Shown here one piece after another: positions 39,845 to 52,150 of a stretch of DNA of 64,000 nt. A model generated the notes under the pieces. It searched no databases, was not told where the DNA came from, and worked only from the letters and a program-made list of their open reading frames with translations. The position numbers and the translations under genes were made by a program. Source of the DNA: Mobula hypostoma (lineage: Eukaryota). How positions within the stretch are numbered: position 1 is the first letter of the stretch; each line of letters starts with the position of its first letter. The stretch is taken from positions 93,002,001 through 93,066,000 of the forward strand of contig NC_086108.1 in NCBI RefSeq assembly GCF_963921235.1, in the 5' to 3' direction.

Positions 39845-41460
39845 TGACTACCCCACAATGGCCCTGGCGTCCACCAACATGAAACATGCATGCTTTAACT
39901 CCAGCCTTCCGGACAATCTCAACCCACTGCAATTCACCGAAACACGTCTGTAGTAAACACCATTGTGCAGTGATTTAATATGGTCTCCTACAAGAGGAGG
40001 CATGCTCTTTTGGCACGGGCTTTTGAGAGTGCACGTTTGCATCTCAGTGGCCTTAGTTATTTACCCACACTGCTTGTTGCCCAGAGTGTGCCGTTACTTA
40101 CACGACTTCAGTAAAACTGTTTCATCATACAGCCCGTTGTCATTCTTGCTCCATGCATATGTAAAATTTAGGCCCAAAGGATTCACCTCGTGTGCATTTG
40201 ACACATTCTCACAATCATTCTGATACAGTTCACCTGACACACTGCAATTTACCAACCACTGAAACCATCTCCCTGGCCTTACACTCATCTGGACAGTAAA
40301 GACACCTTCATCAAACTATTGTTTATTGACTACAGTCCCACCTTCAATACTATAATTCCAAGCAAACTCGTCACCAAACAGTGGACCCTGAGAGTCAACG
40401 CCTCGCTCTACAGCTAGATCTTTGACTTCCTGACCAATAGACTGCAATCAGTATGGAAAGGCAGCAAAACCTCCATCATGATTTATTCTAAATACTGCTG
40501 GTCAACAAGGCAATGGGGGCATCCTCAGCCCCCATTCTACTTCCTGTACACCCATGACTGTGTGGCCAGATTTTGCTCTAACTCCATCTACAAGTTTGCA
40601 GATGATACTAACATAGTGGGCTGTATGGCAAATAACAATGAGTCAGAATACAGGAAGGAGATAGTGAGCTTAGTTACAGGGAGTCATGACAACTTTTCAG
40701 TCAATGTCAGCAAAACCAAAGAGCTGGTCATTACATTAGGAAGGGGGACTGTGCACACGCTCCTGTCCAATACGGCTCCTAGGAGTGAACATCACGAATA
40801 TGGAGTCCTAGTCCAGCTATGTTGATGCCATGGTCAAGAAAGCTCACCAATGCCTCTACTTCCTCTGGGGAAAAATGGATATGGCATGTCCCCATTGACC
40901 CTTACCGATTTTTATCGGTGCACCACACAGAACATACTATCTGGATGCATAACAGCTTGGTATAGCAACTGCTCTGCATGTGACTGCAAGAGTTGTGGAC
41001 ACAGCTCAGCACATCATGGAAACCAGTCTCCCCTCCCCGGACTCTCCAAACTTCTCCCTGCCTCAGTAAAGCAGCCCACATAACCAAGACCCCAACCACC
41101 CAAACGTTTTCTCTTCTGTTTGGCAAAAGATACAAAAGTATGAACGTACATACCACCAGGTACAAGGACAGCTTCTTCCCCACTGTTATCAGACTTGTGA
41201 CAGAATGTTTGTATGATAACATTGAATCTTGACCTCATAATCTATCTTGTAATAATCTTGCACTTTACTATTTACCTACACTGCACTTCCTCTGTCATTG
41301 TCACACTTTATTCTGCATTGTATGTATTCTGGCATTTTCTAGTATGTACCCTGTTCTACTTCATTGTACTGTGTAATGATTTGATCTGTTTAAACTGTAT
41401 GCAAGCCAAGCCTTTCATTGCATCTTGCTACATGTGGCAAGAATAAACCAATACCAATGT
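39845..41460 (+). mobile_element. Decayed Rex1/Babar LINE interrupted at about 39939-40239
   Basis: DYPTMALAST...NLNPLQF, resumes at 40240 with LQF...ISLALHS, then LFIDYS, YTHDCVARF..IYKFADDT, KDSFFP; tail aataaaccaataccaat. Confidence 0.8.
40102..40233 (-). other. Exon-like 132-bp open segment of unknown origin
   Basis: tcag|G acceptor-like end, GTAAGT donor at 40101-40096, length divisible by 3, open frame (G)ELYQNDCENVSNAHEVNPLGLNFTYAWSKNDNGLYDETVLLKS; poor polypyrimidine tract; protein not recognised. Confidence 0.4.
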
Positions 41461-41840
41461 CTATACCTTTGCTTTAAAATGCCTAACAAAATTCAAAACT
41501 TACATTCACATGTTCAGCAACTCCACAAACACGTAGTATATTGAGATACTTGGGTGAGTCAGATTCTGCTCTACTATCCTACCTTTCTCTTGGACTTTGT
41601 AGGCAGGATGGAGTTTGTCAGCCACTCTCTGCTGTGCCGTGTCAGCTCTCTCATCCACTTTCTAAAGAAGTATTCAGTTTTGGTAGTTGACACAACAGGC
41701 AAAACTAGTTTTATTGACCATTTGCTATTGCCTAAGGGTCAATAATACTGATTTTGTCTTGAATTGCTGCAACCTGTCATCAATTAAATGCAGCACATGA
41801 TAAAACTTAACAGTCAACAAACCTGTCTTACTATATTTCA

Positions 41841-42327
41841 AGCAACACACATCAAAGTTGCTGGTGAACGCAGCAGGCCAGGCAGCATCTATAGGAAGAG
41901 GCGCAGTCGACGTTTCAGGCCGAGACCCTTCGTCAGGACTAACTGAAGGAAGAGTGAGTAAGGGATTTGAAAGTTGGAGGGGGAGGGGGAGATGCAAAAT
42001 GATTGGAGAAGACAGGAGGGGGAGGGATAGAGCCGAGAGCTGGACAGCTGATAGGCAAAAGGGGATACGAGAGGATCATGGGACAGGAGGTCCGGGAAGA
42101 AAGACAGGGGGGGGGTTGACCCAGAGGATGGGCAAGAGGTATATTCAGAGGGACAGAGGGAGAAAAAGGAGAGTGAGAGAAAGAATGTGTGCATAAAAAT
42201 GAGTAACAGCTGGGGTACGAGGGGGAGGTGGGGCCTAGCGGAAGTTAGAGAAGTCAATGTTCATGCCATCACCAGCAACTTTGATGTGTGTTGCTTGAAT
42301 TTCCAGCATCTGCAGAATTCCTGTTGT
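41841..42327. mobile_element. Young Penelope insertion with inverted segment, 13-bp TSD
   Basis: TSD ttactatatttca at 41828-41840 and 42328-42340; perfect 31-bp inverted repeat 41837-41867 / 42269-42299; minus body encodes DGMNIDFSNFR-stop plus a UTR nearly identical to 45355-45650. Confidence 0.92.
41904..41941 (-). ncRNA. Minimal type I hammerhead ribozyme, core apparently intact
   Basis: UAGUC-CUGACGA-AGG(GUCUCGG)CCU-GAAA-C-GUC-GACUG: stem I UAGUC/GACUG, 3-bp stem II, loopless palindromic stem III (ACGU), GUC cleavage triplet. Confidence 0.8.
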
Positions 42328-42982
42328 TTACTATATTTCATTAGTATTCACAATTAATGTCAAACTCAAAGTCAAATTAAATTTATTACCAAAGTATACA
42401 TACATGTTACCATATACTACCTTGTGATGCATTTTCCTGCAGGCATTTACAAGACAAGAAAGAAATACAATAGATATTATATTTAAAAAAAACAAAAACT
42501 AACAACCAATATGTAAAGGAAGAAAAACTGTGCAAATATAATATAAATAATATGGAGAATATGAGTTCTGTAGAGTCCTTGAAAGTGAGTACATAGGTTG
42601 TGGAATCAGTTCAGTGTTGAAATGAGGGAAGATATCCATATTGGTTCAGGAGCCTAATGGTCATAGGGTAATAGCCGTTCCTGAATCTGCTGGTGTGGGA
42701 CCTCCTGATTCAACCTAAATGAAGACTTACTGCATAGTTTGAAACTAGATTCATTGATTCTTTAGTCTCAAAACTCTTTGATCTATACAACACTTTAGTT
42801 TACTTTCAGAACTTCCAAAGCCCGCTACTTGTTTTCAGATATTAACCACCCTTGATGGACCTGGCCAGGGTTTGATCATGGCAAGGTTTTCTTTGAGTTC
42901 CTGACTCAGGGTCTTCTTCAGTGATTGCTCTCTGAAGTCACTATTGATGTTCCTCTCATAAAGTACCCTTTTATACATTTCA

Positions 42983-43178
42983 AACACAAGAGATTCTGCA
43001 GATGCTGGAAATCCAGAGGAACACAGACAAAATGCTGGAGGAATTCAGCAGATCAGGCAGCATATATGGAAAGGAATAAAGTGTCGACATTTTGGAAGGG
43101 TCTCAGCATGAAGCGTTGACTCTTTATTCCTTTCCATAGATGCTGATTTCCGCCAATAGTTTGTGTGGGTTATTCTGT
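42983..43178. mobile_element. Short Penelope-derived fold-back insertion, 14-bp TSD
   Basis: TSD ttttatacatttca at 42969-42982 and 43179-43192; arms atggaaaggaataaagtgtcgac / gttgactctttattcctttccat. Confidence 0.82.
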
Positions 43179-44074
43179 TTTTATACATTTCATCACATAC
43201 AGTACATTCCAGGCCTTGCTGAATTCTTTATCACTATTCACACAACCATATATCCAATCCTTACCCACCTGAGCACAACTTTCTTTAACTCCAAATTCCT
43301 CCCAACTCCATCCGACTATGATTTTAACTATTTGCTTCATTAATTGCTAGACTGTGCACTGTACTCCATCAAATGTCCTTTTGCTGTTGCCCTGAGATTG
43401 AAATTTTGATATTCATCTTTATTTGAACCAGATATACTTCCTCTAATTGGAGCATTTTCTTCAGTTTTCAATGAAATGATTGGTACTGAGGTTATGCCAT
43501 TTTGCGCCATCATCTGTCTTGATGGGTCAATTGCAAGAAATATGAATAGAATTTTGTACAAGTTCCAAACAGGATTTTTTTTGCAATGTTGTTTACAACA
43601 TGAATGCAAGTTAATTTATTGTTTGTTCCTCATGTGCCATGTTGTATGATGTGGGTGATCATGGTCTTTTGAACATAATTGTTCTTGGCAAATTTTTCTG
43701 CAGAAGTGGTTTGTCATTACCTTCTTCTGGGCAGTGTCTTTAAAAGACGGGTGACCCCAGCCATTATCAATACCCTGGCGTCAGTGGTCACATATCCAGG
43801 ACTTGTGACATTCACTACTGCTCCTATGACCATCCACCACCTGCTCTCATGCTTCATGTGATCCAGATCGGTGGGTCTAAGCAGGCACAACACCTTGCCC
43901 AAGGTTGGCCTGCAGGCTAGTGGAGGGAACCCGCGCCCTAATTTCATTTATAAAGAATAAATTAATGATTCTGCCACAAAGGAAATGATTTTCTTCTCAT
44001 GAATTTTCAAAATACTATGAAATAAGTAACCTGAGAATCTTTTACCATTGGTCTGACTAGATATTCTTTGAAAT

Positions 44075-44303
44075 AAAAAAAACATAATTGCTGGTTGTAC
44101 TCAGCCGGGCAAACAGCATCTATGGAGAGAGAAATAGAGTTAGCCATTCAGATTGCTGACTTTTTGTAAGAATCTTAATGAAGGATTCTTGATCTAAAAT
44201 GTTGACTCTATTTCTCTGCTGCCTGACCTGCTGAGCATTTCCCACACTTCCTGTTTTTATTTCACATTTGCAGCATCTAGAGACACTTTGGTTTCCACTT
44301 AAC
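44075..44303. mobile_element. Older Penelope-derived fold-back insertion, 11-bp TSD
   Basis: TSD ttctttgaaat at 44064-44074 and 44304-44314; arms gagaaatagagtta / tgactctatttctc. Confidence 0.65.
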
Positions 44304-45195
44304 TTCTTTGAAATCGCTTACACTGCCACATCTCTGTTGATCTGGACACATTCATGGCTGATAAATTATTTTATGCTAAATATTGTTATGTTTGTGTATT
44401 GGGTTAAATGAGGTCAGACTTTGATACGTTTACATGTTGCGGGCAAGATGTGAGTCACCACTCCAAACAAATTCGTTGGAGACTAAATTCTGGAATAAAC
44501 GCTTCCAGACATGAAGAAATGGTGAAATGTGCCCAAGAATGCCTGACAAGAAAATTAGCTTGATATAGAAGTTGGCACAATACCAGTAAACGACTTCAGT
44601 TCCAGAGAAGTGACCCCTTGACTAATCTCTGCCATTTAATAAGATCCCAGCTATTCTGATTCTGATCAGCTCCAAGCTCCATCTATCCGTGGTAACCTTT
44701 CACCCCTTTGCTAACAAAAGGTCTATTCAACCCCATCTTTAAAATATTTGGTAACTCTGTTACCACCACCAGTTAAGAAAGAGAAATCTATAGAGGCCTG
44801 GCCCTCTGAGAGAAATAAATTCAGCTCATCTCTCTCTGAATTTTTAAAATGTCACCTCCAATTTGAGATTTTCTGCCAAGTGGAAGATCCTCTCTACAGC
44901 CCCTATTTCATGATCTTGTATGTTTCAATAAGGTCCTCTGTTCAAGTCAAGATTCACGACTCAAACTTATTTGTTGTCATTCTTCAGTACACAAGTGTAA
45001 AGGAGAGAGAAATTAATTTTACTCTGGATCCGACGCAGCATAAAAAACACAAATAAAAACACAATTAAGATAAACATGAAAGCAATTCCGTAAAGCACAA
45101 TGTGCAACTAATGGTTTTTATACATGGTCTGATTGTATGTACATAAAGTGACATTAAATAAACTGTGCTACCTTTCCTCAAGAAAACCTACATAT

Positions 45196-45285
45196 AGCAT
45201 GAGGAGGAAGAGGAGGAGGGGACAAAGGAGAAGGAGGGGGAGAGAGAGGGAGAGGAAGAAGGTGAAGATGAAGAGGAAGGAGTCA
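45196..45285 (+). repeat. Purine-rich low-complexity tract (GAG/AAG-like)
   Basis: About 90 nt almost entirely A/G. Confidence 0.8.
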
Positions 45286-45354
45286 AGTGGCAGCTTCATT
45301 TGCTGTAAGTGGGGTTAAGGAGAGCAATGGAATCAACTCCAACATTCTGCTAAG

Positions 45355-46026
45355 TTCGAGGGGGAGGGGGAGATGCAAAATGATAGGAGAAGACAGGAGG
45401 GGGAGGGATAGAGCCGAGAGCTGGACAGGTGATAGGCAAAAGGGGATACGAGAGGATCATGGGACAGGAGGTCCGGGAAGAAAGACGGGGGGAGGGTGAC
45501 CCAGAGGATGGGCAAGAGGTATATTCAGAGGGACAGAGGGAGAAAAAGGAGAGTGAGAGAAAGAATGTGTGCATAAAAATGAGTAACAGATGGGGTACGA
45601 GGGGGAGGTGGGGCCTTAGCGGAAGTTAGAGAAGTCAATGTTCATGCCATCAGGTTGGAGGCTACCCAGACGGAATATAAGGTGTTGTTCCTCCAACCTG
45701 AGTGTGGCTTCATCTTTACAGTAGAGGAGGCTGTGGATAGACATGTCAGAATGGGAATGGGATGTGGAATTAAAATGTGTGGCCACTGGGAGATCCTGCT
45801 TTCTCTGGCGGACAGGGCGTAGATGTTCAGCAAAGTGGTCTCCCAGTCTGCGTCGGGTCTCACCAATATATAAAAGGCCACATCGGGAGCACCGGACGCA
45901 GTATATCACCCCAGTCGACTCACAGGTGAAGTGATGCCTCACCTGGAAGGACTGTTTGGGGCCCTGAATGGTGGTAAGGGAGGAAGTGTAAGGGCATGTG
46001 TAGCACTTGTTCCGCTTACACGGATT
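45355..46026 (-). mobile_element. Penelope-like element fragment encoding an uninterrupted GIY-YIG endonuclease domain
   Basis: ORF 45616..46059: CKRNKCYTC, GVIYCVRCSRCGLLYIGETRRRL, RLEEQHLIFRLGSLQPDGMN; 3' UTR follows. Confidence 0.93.
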
Positions 46027-46114
46027 ACACAGATCAGAAGGACATAAACATAACCCCACTATTTAAGAGAGGATGAAGAGATAAAATAGGAGACTACAGA
46101 CCAGTTAGCCAACA

Positions 46115-48910
46115 GGCTGAGTATCAAATCATTAAAGATGCAGAGTCAGAAAGGGTAGCAAATTCAGTACTCAAGGTGTTGTATCTAAATGCATGTCGTA
46201 TAAGAAATGTGATCTTGTTGCAATATTACAGATTGCCAGGTATGATGTTGTGGCCATCACTGAATTGTGGCTGGAGGATGGTTGTATTTGGGAGCTGAAT
46301 GTCCAAGGTTACATGTTATATCAGAGGGATAGGAAGGTAGGCGGGGGGGGGGGCGCGGTTGGTGTGGCTCTACAGGTAATGAATTGCATCAAGTCAGTAG
46401 AAAGATGTGACTTAGAAAGATGTGAAGATGTTGAATCCTTGTGGGTTGAGTTAAGAAACTTCAAGAGTTAAAGGATGTTGATGGCAGTTATATACAGGCC
46501 TCCCAACAGTAGCTGGGAGATGGACCACAGGTTACAACGGGAAAGTGAAAAGGTGAGTCAAAAGGGCAACGTTACGGTAGTCATGGGAGATTTTCACATG
46601 CAGGTCGATTGGGAAAATCAGGTTGGTAATGGACCTCAAGAGAGTGAGTTTGTTGAATGCTTAAGAGGTAGTATTTTAGAGCAGTTTGTCGTTGAGCCTA
46701 CCAGGGGATCAGCTATACTAGGTTGGGTTATGTAATGAACCAGAGGTGATAAGGGAGCTGAAGAACCAATGATCACAATATGATTGTGTTCAACTTGAAA
46801 TTTGATAGGGAGAAAGTAAAGTCTGATGTAGCAGTATTTTAGTGGAGTAAAGGAAATTATAGAGGTGTGAGAGAGGAGTTAGCCAAAGTAAAGTGGAAGG
46901 AGATGCTGGCAGGGATGACAGCAGAGCAGCAATGGCTTGAGTTTCCAGGGAAAGTGAGGAAGGTGCAGGTCATGTGTATTCCAAAAATGCTCAGATGGTA
47001 AAATAGTAGAACTGTGGCTGACAAGGGATGTCAAAGCTATTGTAAAAGCAAAAGAAATGGCATACAACAAAGCAAAAATCAGTGGGAAGATAGAGGATTG
47101 GGAAATTTTTAAAAACATACAGAGAGCAACTAAAAAAATCATTAGAAGGGAAAAGATGAAATATGAAAGCAAGCTAGGAAATTATATCAAAGTAGGTAGT
47201 AAAAGTTCTTTCAAGTATTTTAAAAAATAAAAGAGCAATGAAAGTCAATATAGGACCGTTAGAAAATGAGGAAGTAGAAATAATAACGGGGGACAAGGAG
47301 ATGGCTGATTAACTGAATGAGTATTTTGCATCAGTCTTCACTGTGGAAGACACTAGCAGAATGCCTGATGTTATAGTGTGTGAATGAAGAGAAGTGGGTG
47401 CAGTTACTGTTACAAGAGAGAAGGTGCTCAAAAAGCTGAAAGACCTAAAGGTACATAAATCACCCACACCAGAGGAAATGCACCCTAGGGTTCTGAAAGA
47501 GGTAGTGCTAGAGATTGTGGTGGCATTGGAAATGATCTTTCAAAAATCATTGGATTCTGGCATGGTGAAGGAGGACTGGAAATATGCAAATATTACTCCA
47601 CTCTTTAAGAAAGGAGAAAGGCAACAGAAAGGAAATTATAGACCAGTTAGCCCGACCTCAGTGGTTGGGAAGATGTTAGAGTCAATTGTTAAGGATAAGG
47701 CGATGGAGTACTTGGTGACACAGGACAAGATAGACTGCCTTCACATGAAGCTACTTACCAAGTTAAAAGCACATGGTATTACAGGAAAGTTACTAGCGTA
47801 GTTAGAGCATTGGCTGATTGGTAGGAGGCAGTGAGTGGGAATGAAAGGAACCTTTTCTGGTTGGCTGCCATTGGCTAGTGGTGTTCTGCAGGGGTCGGTG
47901 TTGGGATCACTTCTTTTTATGGTGTATATAAATAATTTAGATGATGGAAGAGATGGCTTTGTTGCCAAGTTTGCAGATGATATGAAGATTGGTGGAGGGG
48001 CAGGTAGTGTTGAGGAAACAAGTAGGATGCAGAAGGAATTAGACAGATTAGGAGAATGGGCAAGAAAGTGGCAAATGAAATACAATGTTGGAAAATGCAT
48101 TGTCATGCACTTTGGTAGTAGAAATAAACATGCATATTATTTTCTAAATGGGGAGAAAACCCAGAAATCGGAGATGCAGATGGACTTGGGATTCCTTGTG
48201 CAGAACACCCTGAAGGTTAACTTGCAGGTTGAGTCAGTGGTGAGGAAGGCAAATGCCGTGTTAGCATTCATTTCGAGAGGTCTAGAATACAACAGCAAGG
48301 ATGTGATATTGAGGCTTTATAAGGCACTGGTGAGGCCTCACCTTGAATATAATTTTGGGCACCTCATCTTAGAAAATATGTGCTGGTATTGGAGAGGATC
48401 CAGAGGAGGTTCACAAGGATGATTTCAGGAATGAGAGGGCTTATCATACAAGGAATGTTTGATAGTTCTGGGTCTGTACTCACTAGAATTCAGAAGGATG
48501 AGAGGGGATCTGATTGAAACCTTTCGAATGTTGAAAGGCCTGGACAGAGTAGATGTGGAAAAGAGGTTTCCCATGGTGGGGGGGGGGCGGTCTAGGACAA
48601 GAGGGCACAGCCTCAGGATGGAAGGGTATCCTTTCAAAACAGAGATACAGAGAAATTTCTTTAGCCAGAGGGTGGTGAATTTGTGGAATTTGTTGCCACA
48701 TGCAGCTGTGGAGGCCAGGTCATTGGGTGTATTTAAGGCTGAGATTGATAGGTTCTTGATTCAACATGGCACCAAAGGCTACAGAGTGGAAGGCTGGGAA
48801 CTGGGGTTGAGGAGCAGATGGGAAAAAAAACGATCAGCCATGATTGAATGGCGGAGTAGACTCGATGGGCCAGATGGCCTAATTCTGCTCCTATGTCTTA
48901 TGGGGTTTTA
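46115..48910 (+). mobile_element. Long CR1 ORF2 pseudogene (APE endonuclease plus RT), multiple stops and frameshifts
   Basis: YDVVAITELWL, ESLWVEL, VIYRPPN, VMGDF, HPRVLKE, YRPVS, QGSVLG, KFADD, LVRPHLEY, FFSQRVVNLWN; tail cctatgtcttatgg. Sits in an older CR1 (46040-46112 resuming at 48911). Confidence 0.92.
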
Positions 48911-49900
48911 TATCAGTGGAAGGGGAAATGCTGGATTCCATTCTCAAATAACTGGTTCTGACACACTTAGATAATAATACGATTGGGCAGAGTTAAGGCA
49001 GAGTTAACATGGATTTAGGGAGAAATCATTAAAGCAAATCTATTGATTGTTTTGTAGCTGTGGCAGAATAGATAAGGGTGAACTATTTGATATGGTATAT
49101 TTAGATGTTCAGAAGGTGCAGAATAAGAGAGTGTTAAACCGAATCAATGCAAGGCATTGGGAGTAACATGGTGCATGTTTTGAAGGTGAATTAATGGACA
49201 GAAAATAGAGGGTAGGGGAAAGAAATGGGTTATTTGCAGGTTGGGAGGTTATGACGAGTGATGACCTGGAGGGGTCACACAGGGACCACAGCTGTTTACA
49301 ATAATTTCGAAGAATGGATCACGGATAATGTATCCAGGTTTGATGATGATGCAAAAGCTCGAAGTAAATTTATTACCAAAGTAGATATATGTACCATATA
49401 CTAGCCTGACATACATGCTCTTACTGGCATTCATAGTAGAACAAAGAAATACAATATAATCAATTAAAATATATACAAAAACAAAGACTGACAAACAACC
49501 AATGTGAAAAGAAGGCAAACTGTGCAAATACGAATGGTCATAATAATAATTAAATACATAAATGAATAATTTTGAGAACATGTGTTAGAGTCCTTGAAAG
49601 TGAGTCCATAGGTTGTAAATCAGTTTAGTGTTGATGTGAGTGAAATTATCCACATTGGTTCAGGAGCCTGGTCATTGAAAGGTAATAACTGTTCCTGAAC
49701 TTTGTGGTGTGGGACCTAAGGCTCCTGTACCTCCTCCTGATGACAGCAGCAGGCAGGTGACAGTGTGGATCTAAGGCGGGTGCAGAAGGCCCTCAAGGTA
49801 ATATAGACATGCTCAGTGAATAGGCAAGAATTTGATAATTGGAATATGCTGTGGAAAATTTACAGGCTAATTCATTTATGGGGTTTCTTCAACATGAAGA
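48911..49900 (+). mobile_element. Older CR1 RT remnant with a Rex1-like 3' end nested at about 49355-49750
   Basis: IGQS, DMVYLDVQK, GPQLFTI and FDDDAK remnants. Confidence 0.6.
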
Positions 49901-50754
49901 GCAAAGTATTTTCTGGGGATAACAGGGGAATTTCTGTACCATTGGATTAATTAATTCTGAGACTTGCAGCTCAGACATTAGGTATTGTAGAAGATAATGT
50001 CATGAAACACACATTCAGTCAATAAATATATAACATCACAGAAGAATTTACTGCAACTCACCCAAAATCCAGTTTCTATTTTACAATATATTTTATCCAA
50101 ACACATGAAAGTGAAGATCTACACTGATCTTTACTTCCCTCACAATCTACTCAAAATGTAGTATCCTTATGAGCACACAGAAAGTCGAATGCACAAACAT
50201 TCTACTGGTTGTGAAGAATTCTGAGTATTATTCTTACCCCAATAGCATACATTTCTGTGTTGCCTGATTTCATACAAAGCAAATCACAAGGGGTGGCCAA
50301 ATCGAAAAAAAAAACAAACCATCAGCCAAATTTATTATTAGCCATCTGCAGTTAAATGTCTGTGAATCCTTACAAAGGTAACCCTACAAATAACACTTGT
50401 AATGATGGTCGTACATAATCCTTTCTCTCAATCATCATTTTCATTTCCTGAGAAGACCTTTTCTCCATAGCCTCCAGCCTTATTGTCCCCCTTTCCCACA
50501 CAAAAACAATCTTCCTTTTGTACAAGATCCACGGGCACTACTCTTCATTGTTTTATCTGGCTCCTTTCCCACCAAACCTATTTCTTCTTATCCTGACTGG
50601 ATCTTAGTCAGTTCCAACTTTAATCCTTAACATTTCTTCTGCATTTTGCCAATTTGAAAGATTCCAATTCTTTGGTCTTTACTGAAAATAAACAGCTGGG
50701 GAACTCAGTGTGTGCCAGGCAGCATCTGTGGGGACAAAGTGATGGGTGCCATTT

Positions 50755-51090
50755 TGAACTTAACCCCTTTGGTTCAAGACCTGATGGTTGAGGGGTAATA
50801 ACTGTTCCCTGAACCTGGCGGTGTGAGTCTGAAGCTCTTGTACATTCTTCCTATCAGCAGCAGCAAGTAGAGAGCATGATCTGAGTAGTGGGGATCCCTG
50901 ATGATAGATGCTAATTTTCTGCGACAATGTTCCATGTAGATATGTGCTCAATGGTGGGGAGGGCTTTACCTGTGATGGACTGGACCATATCCACTACTTT
51001 TTGTAGGATTTCCAGTTCAAGGCATTGGTGTTTCCATACTAGGCCGTGATGCAGCCAGTCGATACAGTGTACTCTCCAGCATACATCTAT
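50755..51090 (-). mobile_element. Rex1/Babar C-terminal fragment
   Basis: Minus strand reads as TGCITAxYGN and IIRDPHYSDHA. Confidence 0.7.
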
Positions 51091-51892
51091 AGATCATTTT
51101 CTCACTCTTTCTAACTGCTCTTTTAAGCTATCAATCAGATGACCTCTACAACTTATTACCATGGCAACTCTGGTTCTACTCTATCAGAGACAATCCCTTT
51201 GTCATGGAACATAAAGCATAAAACAGTGCAACATAGTAACAGACACTTCAGCCCATATTGTTCAAACTTGTACTTACGTGCATAACTAATCACCTTTGCT
51301 CAAACAAGATCCATAATCCTTCCATTCTCTGCACATTCATGTGCCTATGCAAGCACATCTTGAACACTTCTATCATATTTTCCTCTACTATCACAGCTGG
51401 TAGTCCAATCCAGGAACCCGCCAGCCTTTGTGTAGTAAAACTTGCCCCATCCCACACACTCTTTAAACATCCCCTCTCATCTTTAATGCATTCCCTCTGG
51501 TATTAGACTGGCCCCATCTCCTTCTCCCCTCAGCAATTTTAAACTACCTTGAAAAAGGATTTTTGACCTAAAACGTTAGCTGTGGAAGTTAGGCTGTTCC
51601 AGGTCATTGGTTCATGGGATTGGATGTATGTGGAGCAGGAGGCACGAGGAGGCCCAAGGGCAAGAGAATAATGCACCCGGAGTTCAAGCCTGAAGTTTGG
51701 AGTCCCATCATCAGTTAGTCCGAGGTACGATACCAAAGATCGAAGCGTAGCAGTAAAAATGTGAACCAGGGTGTAACACTTGAATTTTACATTCTATGAC
51801 TGCCGATATTCATCCACATTGCTCATAAGTATAAGGCTGATTAGGACTGATATAGGGCTTTGGCCTGAAACGCTGACAAGTCCATTCCACCA

Positions 51893-52150
51893 ACACAAGA
51901 TATTCTGCAGATGCTGGAAATCTAGAGAACCACGCACAAAATGCTGGAGGAACTCAACAAGTCAGGCAGCATCTCTGAAGGGGAATCAATAGTCAACTTT
52001 TTGGGCTGAGACTCTTCGGCAGGACTCATGAAGAAGCATCTCTACCCCAAACATCGACTGTTTATTCCTTTCCACCTTTTGATGATGCTCGACTCCCTGA
52101 GTTCCTCCAGCAGATTGTTTGTTGCTCCAGATTCCAGTACCTCTTGTGCA
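51893..52150. mobile_element. Decayed Penelope-derived fold-back
   Basis: Arms tgctggaggaactca / tgagttcctccagca with back-to-back decayed hammerhead cores at about 51990-52060; no TSD seen. Confidence 0.7.

Noticed and set aside
45133..45318. Protamine-like Arg/Lys-rich ORF
   Set aside because: Translation of a purine-rich low-complexity tract adjoining a repeat.
45616..48910. GIY-YIG next to APE-RT as a single novel dual-endonuclease element
   Set aside because: They are on opposite strands, differ in decay level and are separated by a piece of an older CR1; independent insertions.
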